Origin: a bacterium | GTDB lineage: Bacteria; Patescibacteriota; UBA1384; CAILIB01 | DNA: 64,000 nt | Assembly (NCBI GenBank): GCA_037131105.1 | Contig: JBAXRQ010000001.1 | Coordinates: forward strand, 194,039-258,038 | Direction of reading: 5' to 3' | Notes under the pieces: model-generated | The model's database searches: none | What the model was told of the DNA's origin: nothing | Seen by the model: only the letters and a program-made list of their open reading frames with translations | Shown: positions 57,230-64,000 of the stretch, in pieces | How the letters are laid out: the number at the start of each line of letters is the position of its first letter | Numbering within the stretch: the first letter of the stretch is position 1 | Position numbers and translations under genes: made by a program

Positions 57230-58237
57230 AGTTATCCACAGATAAAGTTTGGCGACATCGTTTCGCTGGAAAACCTGGTAAAGGCCTGGTACGAGTTCCG
57301 CAACGGCAAGCGGTCTAAGCGGGACGTCCAGGAGTTTGAGTTCACCCTTGAGGATAGCATATTTGAACTCGCTGAGGAACTAAAAAACGGCTCCTACAAG
57401 CCACAAAGGTATCACCAGTTCCGCATCAACGACCCCAAGCCGCGCCTCATCAGCAAGGCTGCCGTCCGGGATAGGCTAGTGCACCACGCCATCTATCGCA
57501 TCTTGTACCCCCACTTTGATACCAGCTTCATCTTCGACTCGTACTCATGCCGGGTGAACAAGGGTACCCACAAGGCCTTTGACCGTCTGCAGGATATGAT
57601 TGGGGTGGTAAGCCGGAATTACACGAAGCCCTGCTTCGCCCTGAAGATGGACATCCGCCGCTTCTTCGACAGCATCGACCACGGCATCCTGCTAGAACTA
57701 CTCAAGTACCGCATAGAAGATGAAAAAGTTATTAACTTGCTCCACGAAATCATCGAGAGCTTTGAGGTGAAGCCGGGCAAGGGCATGCCGATAGGCAACC
57801 TCACCTCTCAGCTCTTCGCCAACGTCTATATGGACCCGCTGGACAAGTTCGTGAAGCACAAGCTTAAGGCGAGGTACTACCTGCGCTATGCCGATGACTT
57901 CCTTATCCTGGCCAGTTCCGAGTCGGAGCTGATGGGATGCTTCGTTGAAATAAACGTGTTTCTTAAAGAAACATTAAAACTTGAGCTGCACCCGAACAAG
58001 ATCTCGTTACGGAAATTAAGCTGGGGAATCGACTTCGTCGGCTACGTCGCCCGCCCGCACTATTCCGTTCCCAGGAACGGCACCGCCAAGCGGATGCTGC
58101 GGAATATTGGCAAAGTCGCCGATCCGGAGAAGGTACCGGCCACGCTTGATTCCTATCTGGGATACTTAAGCCATGTCAGCGCCAGGAAAATCGAGGACGA
58201 GCTGCGGCAGAAGGCGGCAGATATTTTGGGGCACTAA
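57185..58237 (+). CDS. DGR reverse transcriptase
   Basis: PKPRLI, RDRLVHHA, KMDIRRFFDSIDH, GMPIGNLTSQ, RYADDF, GIDFVGY; no maturase/endonuclease domain. Confidence 0.96.
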   Translation: MGRELGDSRGGSYGHSYPQIKFGDIVSLENLVKAWYEFRNGKRSKRDVQEFEFTLEDSIFELAEELKNGSYKPQRYHQFRINDPKPRLISKAAVRDRLVHHAIYRILYPHFDTSFIFDSYSCRVNKGTHKAFDRLQDMIGVVSRNYTKPCFALKMDIRRFFDSIDHGILLELLKYRIEDEKVINLLHEIIESFEVKPGKGMPIGNLTSQLFANVYMDPLDKFVKHKLKARYYLRYADDFLILASSESELMGCFVEINVFLKETLKLELHPNKISLRKLSWGIDFVGYVARPHYSVPRNGTAKRMLRNIGKVADPEKVPATLDSYLGYLSHVSARKIEDELRQKAADILGH

Positions 58238-58548
58238 AGCAGTATCTCGTCTCCGTTCTCATTGAACACCTTCTCTGGGGCAGGCTCCCTGTGCATGGAA
58301 ACGGGAATCGGGGGAAACCTTTTGGGCGGCTACCCCGTCAGGTTAGGAGGCGAATTGAAGCACCACGGTCAGATGCAACCTATGGGACAAAATGGGGCTT
58401 TCAGGACTCCGGTCTGCAACCTTTCCACGCCCCCATTTTTGGCACGGAAATGAGGTATTTATCAGAGTAAAACAAAAAATCAGCCGAAGCTGATTCCTTG
58501 TCCTGTTTTTGGTGATAGCACCACGGTCAGGGTCCTAGATTCGAGTTT

Positions 58549-58625
58549 TGGTAGCGCCAGCGGGATTCGAACCCGCGATTTCCGGGATGAAAACCCGGCG
58601 TCCTAGGCCTCTAGACGATGGCGCC
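58549..58625 (-). tRNA. tRNA-Glu(TTC)
   Basis: GGCGCCA...TGGCGCT-A-CCA, anticodon loop TTTTCAT. Confidence 0.95.
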
Positions 58626-58669
58626 CTACGACTCGCCCTACAATACAGAAAATAGACTGATCTGTACAG

Positions 58670-58915
58670 CGTCCGGGGGAGTCTCACGTCGCTCCGCTCC
58701 TCGGAACCCCACGGGTTCCGACGCTCACTTCGCTCGTTGCCTCCTTCCACGGGGAAACTCCCGTTTCTCACTGTCCGCCTTCGGCGGACAAGCAGGTATG
58801 CACATGGTAGAAGCAGTATCCCCCGGATACTGCTTATCCCTCCCCCTTCACTGTTCGATTCCCACCACTCTTCAGGCCAGAAAAATAGACACCCAGTGGG
58901 TGTCTATTTTTCTGG
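58670..58915. repeat. REP-like element with mirror copy of tRNA-Lys T-arm
   Basis: TGTCCGCC-TTC-GGCGGACA and AAGCAGTATCC/GGATACTGCTT hairpins; GTTCGATTCCCACC 58853-58866; 19-bp IR 58877-58915. Confidence 0.65.
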
Positions 58916-58987
58916 TGGGTCCGGTGGGAATCGAACCCACAACCAATGGCTTAAGAGGCCACTGCTCTACCGTTGAGCTACAGACCC
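58913..58987 (-). tRNA. tRNA-Lys(CTT)
   Basis: GGGTCTG...CGGACCC-A-CCA, anticodon loop CTCTTAA. Confidence 0.95.
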
Positions 58988-59338
58988 TCGAGTGAGGAGA
59001 ATGGAAACGTGCTTGCACGGGGACATTCGACGAACGACACGGTCAGGACGAAGTACAGACCCTCGAGTGAGGCAAGCGCAGACCTGCTTGCAGGGATGCA
59101 TTTGCCGAGCGACTGGGTCAGCACGAGCAGCGTAGCTGCGAGTACGACCCATGAGAGAGTGGCAGAACGCATAATCTGCATCTCCATCACGCTTCTAACG
59201 GATTGAATATAGCAGATCTGGACGAGATGGTAAACCTTTTGTGGGTAGAAACGTGAACCCTCGGGTGCAAGCATTGCTTAATGACGGTACCATTTCAAAA
59301 GAGTATTCTAAGTTTTGTAATTACTAACCCCAGCCCCT

Positions 59339-59713
59339 ATGTTGAATGCATTCCCTGCCAGTGCCATTTTGGTCGCCCAAGATCTGGACCGCGCTATACA
59401 GTTTTACCAGGAATCCCTAGGACTTACTCTGTTCCCTGGACCGCAAGGCATTGCAATGTTTGAGGCTGGAGATGGCACTATGATTGTAATGTATGAGAAG
59501 GAAGGCGGCAGCAAGGCCACTCATACCGTGTTGGGATTTCGTGTGAAGGATCTAGATGGCCTACTTGCCGAACTGAAGGCAAAAGGTGTAACCCAAGACA
59601 TGCGGGATCTTCCAGAAGGGGCTGATGTGAACGGCATCGTCAGCTATGGCCCGGTGCGTAGTGCCTGGATTAACGACTCAGAAGGAAATATCATCGCATT
59701 GAACGAAATGTAA
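59339..59713 (+). CDS. VOC/glyoxalase family protein
   Basis: DLDRAIQFYQESLGL, F.V.DLD, AWINDSEGNII. Confidence 0.88.
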   Translation: MLNAFPASAILVAQDLDRAIQFYQESLGLTLFPGPQGIAMFEAGDGTMIVMYEKEGGSKATHTVLGFRVKDLDGLLAELKAKGVTQDMRDLPEGADVNGIVSYGPVRSAWINDSEGNIIALNEM

Positions 59714-60117
59714 TGGGATTTGAGGAATATCAGCGCGAGGCTGAGCCACTATACGAGTATGAGGATGTAGTCGTCTTGTTAAAGCCGGGTGCGACTGAGC
59801 TACGATCCTGGCTCCAAGAGGTTTTGGCAGACCATCAGTTGGAGGTAGTGGATACCAAGGAAATTAGCTTTGACAAGGAGGCTATTCGCGCTTTTTATCC
59901 TCATGCCGAGCCACAGTACCTGCCAGGAATGGTTGAACATTTCTCCCGTGAGCCGGTAGTTGCCGTGCATGTGCGTGGTTTGGACGCTTTACGTGCCTGC
60001 AGTGAGATCAAGCAGGAAGTCAGGGCAATACTTGAGGTGAAGCCTCCTGCAGACGCCATACATGCATCAGATAGCATTGAAGAGGCTAAACGGGAGCTTG
60101 AAGTCACAGGGTTTTGA
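59713..60117 (+). CDS. Nucleoside diphosphate kinase-like protein
   Basis: LLKPG, FYPH, AIHASDSIEEA.RE (phospho-His motif). Confidence 0.7.
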   Translation: MGFEEYQREAEPLYEYEDVVVLLKPGATELRSWLQEVLADHQLEVVDTKEISFDKEAIRAFYPHAEPQYLPGMVEHFSREPVVAVHVRGLDALRACSEIKQEVRAILEVKPPADAIHASDSIEEAKRELEVTGF

Positions 60118-60173
60118 CAATAAATACAGGATGGCCGGCGGTGGCCATCCTGTTAGTCAAAGCGCCGGAGCCG

Positions 60174-60806
60174 TTAGGCCTGCGCGGAAAGAGGGTTGTC
60201 GATTCCCAGTAGTTCACTTCGTGCTATAGTATTGGACTGCCTCCTGCAGCACTCCTGAATCAAGGGCCAGAAGGTCGTTCCTTCCATGCCGCTGTCCAGT
60301 GACTCACGGAGATACTCCAAGGCGAGGTGGTAGATCGGCTGCAGGCTGTCGCCTCCCGGGCAGTCCCACATAAAGTTGGTAATGGCCTCAAGCTGGTTGC
60401 CTAGTAGAAGCCTTCTCACGAACTGTGCCCCTGTAATGTCGTCTTCGTCCACCATCTCATTGACTAGAACTCCGGGTATGCCCCCTTTGAGGGCGGCCCC
60501 GTAGGCGAGCAGGCCGAGTGGCGGCACTGGCTGGAAATCAGTGGGAAGTCCCAGGGACTGGCCTTCTCGATTCAGGTAGCGCTGCATCTTTTGAAAGCGC
60601 CAGCCACCATCCCCGGAGGCGTTTTCGCTAAGGTACGAGGTGCCGACCATCAGCCAGTCTACTACGTCACTTTCAATGCGTCGGAGAGTGCTCTCCAGGC
60701 ATTCTGACGTCTGGACCTCGTGGCCGAGTTGCCGAAGCGTCTCCTCCGCCCACTGTACTCCCATGGAGTTACCTGAGCTCGTCCCATATGCAAGAAGTAT
60801 CCTCAT
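60174..60806 (-). CDS. Hypothetical protein, flavodoxin-like N-terminus
   Basis: MRILLAYGTSSGN; GAGG RBS. Confidence 0.5.
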   Translation of the reverse strand: MRILLAYGTSSGNSMGVQWAEETLRQLGHEVQTSECLESTLRRIESDVVDWLMVGTSYLSENASGDGGWRFQKMQRYLNREGQSLGLPTDFQPVPPLGLLAYGAALKGGIPGVLVNEMVDEDDITGAQFVRRLLLGNQLEAITNFMWDCPGGDSLQPIYHLALEYLRESLDSGMEGTTFWPLIQECCRRQSNTIARSELLGIDNPLSAQA

Positions 60807-60961
60807 CTGAGCCTCCTCTAAATCTCGTATTCTGTAAGACAGAATAATACGCTCCAGTACCATACATCTTTTTTCAGGCCATGAAAAGAGTGGGCATACT
60901 AAAACAAGGTAGAGGCCTTACCGGCTTCTACCTTGCTTTGATGTCCTACTAATCTACTTAC

Positions 60962-61267
60962 TCAGCCTTGTCCCCATTCCTTCAAAGCATTCCAGGGACG
61001 AGAGGCCATGATCCATAGGGGTGTTACCACCTGGGAGAACGCGGCGATCGCCTTTACGTAAAGCCAGGCCTTTTCTATTTCCCTTTCCTGCATGTTAACG
61101 GGACCTCCGTATATGGACAGCTTGTTCGCTACCAGCATGCAGACGCAGTAGGCCAATAGAACCAGGCCTGACATGATCCATATGGCGAATACCAGCTTAC
61201 ACGTCCCAAATATAAAACCTCTCACTATGCACTCTCTTTCCCCTTTCGGGAGTCGTAACTGATCCAT
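60962..61267 (-). CDS. Hypothetical 2-TM membrane protein
   Basis: Hydrophobic segments; TATAAC just upstream. Confidence 0.5.
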   Translation of the reverse strand: MDQLRLPKGERECIVRGFIFGTCKLVFAIWIMSGLVLLAYCVCMLVANKLSIYGGPVNMQEREIEKAWLYVKAIAAFSQVVTPLWIMASRPWNALKEWGQG

Positions 61268-61425
61268 GGTTATACCATGAATTGATCAAAAAGTCAAGGA
61301 TCTTGATCTGGTAGGGGAGGGTAATATGCCAGAAGGCCCGGATCGGATGATCCAGGCCTTCTGTGGTTGGCTAGACGTGAATATACTCATCACGCTTCGC
61401 GAGGAACTCGGATGAAGCAGTTCTC

Positions 61426-62358
61426 TCAGTTAAGCCAGTCCAGTCCACGTGGACCGAGAATGGCGCGCTCCAGATGCGAGAGCGACTCGTGGACGACGTC
61501 ACCCGAAATGGGGACTGCCATGCCGTTGGGGTCGAAGCCACCCTCCCGCTTACAGGGGAACATCAGGGGACTGCATCCTCTGCGTTCGAACATGGCGACG
61601 AACGGCCGGTTCAGGGCCCTGTCTCCACTCAGCTCGCCGTCGCGCAGCATCCAATTTCCGACAGGGGTTAAATCCAGGGCTGCGAACGAAAGCAGGGCAA
61701 GATCGCCGACCGGCCCGCAGGAGATGACCCCGGACCTGCCGTCGAGGGTGTCCCTGCCGATGTCGTGTAAGGCTATGTCGACTTCATATTTCTGAGGAAA
61801 GTCCGGGCGGACAATGCTCCAGATGTGATGAAGCTCCTCGTCAACTCGCTGCTGGTGATGGGCCAGCTTGTCCGGAAGCCGAACCCGCGCCCAGCCGTCA
61901 TCCTGGAAGACGAGGCATTCGCCGATTCCTTCCATGAGCTGCTCGAGTTCGAACTCCGTGGATGTGGCCATACCGCCGAACGGGGCTGCCACAAACTGCT
62001 CGGCGGGAGCGCCTGCATTGCGGATGGCAGCGACATGGACTATTCGGGTGTTGGGCTCTCCCACCCGGCCCAAAAGGCGCTGGTCCCACTTTTCACTGCC
62101 GAACATACGTAGCGCCGCCAGGGGAACCATCATGGAGATGGCGCCACCGATGTGGGTGTTGGTTTTGTAAACACCCGACGTCCTCTGGCTGATGCCGTTG
62201 AAATCGTAGTCGGTTACCCGTGATTCGACTGAACTGCTGGGCTTCGGACTGAACTGGGGCACATGGTCGAACGAGTTCAGGTGAATCGTTCCATCGTCTT
62301 CGACCGTGCCAGTCACCGTTGAAAGCACCCAGCCTGCAGGCTGTTTCGTATCGCTCAT
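61426..62358 (-). CDS. Hypothetical protein
   Basis: 310-aa ORF with own promoter-like and terminator-like flanks; no motif recognised. Confidence 0.65.
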   Translation of the reverse strand: MSDTKQPAGWVLSTVTGTVEDDGTIHLNSFDHVPQFSPKPSSSVESRVTDYDFNGISQRTSGVYKTNTHIGGAISMMVPLAALRMFGSEKWDQRLLGRVGEPNTRIVHVAAIRNAGAPAEQFVAAPFGGMATSTEFELEQLMEGIGECLVFQDDGWARVRLPDKLAHHQQRVDEELHHIWSIVRPDFPQKYEVDIALHDIGRDTLDGRSGVISCGPVGDLALLSFAALDLTPVGNWMLRDGELSGDRALNRPFVAMFERRGCSPLMFPCKREGGFDPNGMAVPISGDVVHESLSHLERAILGPRGLDWLN

Positions 62359-62528
62359 CGTCTCTACCTTCTTTCAATTGGGAATGTCCGTCCTTGGGCC
62401 GTATGGCTCAAGATCAGGCTTGCGACTGATCCAGCACGATACCATTACCAGGGTAAAGTGTCAAGGCTAGACAGGTGTGATGATGGAGGATCTCGATTCT
62501 TTTCTAATAAAGGTGCTACGATTATTAC

Positions 62529-63926
62529 ATGAGAAAGCTAGAGGAGAAATGCGCGGTATTTGGCGCTTACGGAGTGGATTTTGAGGCAGCCCGGCTGGCC
62601 TTTTTCGGTCTGTATACCTTGCAGCACCGGGGGCAGGAGGGATCCGGTATTGTGACGTCCGACGGCCACAGACTGCATGCCCACCGCCAGGCCGGTCTGG
62701 TAAACCAGGTCTACACTGAAGAGATCATCCACGGACTTCCCGGGCATATCGGTATCGGTCATAATCGTTACTCCACATCGAAGGGTAGCGACAGTGAGCA
62801 TCTGCAGCCGGTGATCGGCCGCGATAGATCTGTCGCCCTCGCCCATAATGGCAATCTACCTTCTACGGTGGCGCTGGAGAAATTCTTAAAGAAACATGGC
62901 ATTGCCACTCAGAACTGCAACGACTCAGAGCTGATGACCGAGGCCATCAAATATTACCTCACTCATGGAAAGAGCCTTCCCAATGCCGTTGCCGCGGCAT
63001 TTCCGCTGTTTACGGGGGCATTCTCACTAGTCATCATGACGACTGACACCCTGGTAGCGGTACGTGACAGCAAGGGGATCCGGCCGCTGTGTTTGGGTAA
63101 GCTGAACGGGGGATATATAGTGGCCTCAGAGACCTGCGCGTTGGATACGGTACATGCCACCTTCATCCGAGAGATCCTTCCCGGGGAAATGATCATTATC
63201 AACGAAAAGGGCCTGAAGAGCCGCACCTTGGCTGAGCCCGATCAGAAGCTCGACATCTTCGAGTTCATCTATTTCTCTCGTCCGGACAGCCATCTGCTTG
63301 GCAAGAGTGTGGACGCCGTACGCCGGGAAATGGGGGCGCAGCTGGCCCGGGAGACGAGCATCAAGGCTGACCTGGTGGTGCCGGTGCCTGACTCGGGAGT
63401 CTCGGCTGCCCAGGGCTTTTCCGAGACTTCAGGGATCCCGTATTACACCGCCATCGTCAAGAACCGCTACATCGGCAGGAGCTTTATCGCGCCGGAACAG
63501 CATATGCGGGATTGGATGGTGCGTATGAAGCTAAACCCGATCCGTGAGGCAGTTGAGGGCAAGCGGGTCATACTTATCGACGACTCCATCGTGAGGGGCA
63601 CCACCTCTCCGTCCATCGTTGGGCTGCTAAAGGAGGCGGGGGCTAAGGAGGTACATTTCCTGTCCAGCTCGCCGCCGTACCGATACCCCGATTTTTATGG
63701 GATGGATGTGCCGCACCAGGACAAGCTGATTGCCTTCGACAAGAGCAATGAGGAGATCAGGAGTTTTCTGGGAGCCGACTCGCTACATTATCTGACCTAT
63801 AAAGGGCTAATCAAGGCCACCTGCTTGCCTGAGAGTATGTTCTGTACCTCATGCTTTAGCGGGGTGTATCCTATCGACATTCTGGAGCGGGCCAAAGATG
63901 TGCGGGTGCCGAAGAAGTGGAAGTAA
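62529..63926 (+). CDS. purF: Amidophosphoribosyltransferase
   Basis: EEK-C N-terminal nucleophile, LQHRGQE, IDDSIVRGTT, CTSCFSG. Confidence 0.97.
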   Translation: MRKLEEKCAVFGAYGVDFEAARLAFFGLYTLQHRGQEGSGIVTSDGHRLHAHRQAGLVNQVYTEEIIHGLPGHIGIGHNRYSTSKGSDSEHLQPVIGRDRSVALAHNGNLPSTVALEKFLKKHGIATQNCNDSELMTEAIKYYLTHGKSLPNAVAAAFPLFTGAFSLVIMTTDTLVAVRDSKGIRPLCLGKLNGGYIVASETCALDTVHATFIREILPGEMIIINEKGLKSRTLAEPDQKLDIFEFIYFSRPDSHLLGKSVDAVRREMGAQLARETSIKADLVVPVPDSGVSAAQGFSETSGIPYYTAIVKNRYIGRSFIAPEQHMRDWMVRMKLNPIREAVEGKRVILIDDSIVRGTTSPSIVGLLKEAGAKEVHFLSSSPPYRYPDFYGMDVPHQDKLIAFDKSNEEIRSFLGADSLHYLTYKGLIKATCLPESMFCTSCFSGVYPIDILERAKDVRVPKKWK

Positions 63927-64000
63927 TACGGTTGTAACTGAGATTACGGTGCGGAAGGGCGGAACAGGATACTATATGGATGAGTTCCATCATGAGGTAT

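Larger units (their letters stand above)
55341..58237. mobile_element. Diversity-generating retroelement (target-VR, TR, antisense avd, RT)
   Basis: VR/TR pair with adenine-only differences, Avd-like ORF, DGR-type RT. Confidence 0.97.

Noticed and set aside
57185-58237. RT as group II intron, retron or CRISPR-associated RT
   Set aside because: No maturase/endonuclease domain or cas genes; LTSQ motif, Avd and TR/VR pair identify a DGR

Overview
Chromosomal segment of a small-genome bacterium. Gene repertoire, leaderless-type promoters and REP-like intergenic elements suggest Patescibacteria/CPR (inference, no marker gene here). Housekeeping content: full SUF Fe-S operon, glycolysis genes (pgi, eno, gpmI, gpmA, pyk), queA, ruvB, pepF, nrdDG, pyrD, purF, cell-surface/glycosylation genes and five minus-strand tRNAs (Asp, Thr, Gly, Glu, Lys). 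There are two accessory regions. (1) An ~8.8 kb serine-recombinase island integrated at tRNA-Asp (14301-23058), carrying phage-like genes and an in-frame DinB::SRAP chimera. (2) A complete diversity-generating retroelement (DGR) next to tRNA-Glu: target gene with VR 56187-56311, TR 56733-56857 (17/17 mismatches at TR adenines), avd and RT. Its architecture is unusual: avd is antisense, between TR and RT, and the 5' ends of avd and RT overlap head-to-head across one G8/C8 tract. At G8 RT is in frame and the ATG-initiated Avd is frameshifted; G7 would reverse this. Also notable: a ~52-bp conserved core present at two loci, each time flanked by a locus-specific 26-bp inverted copy of neighbouring DNA; mirror copies of tRNA 3' ends; and a leader-peptide attenuator. 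All calls come from reading the sequence, with no database searches.
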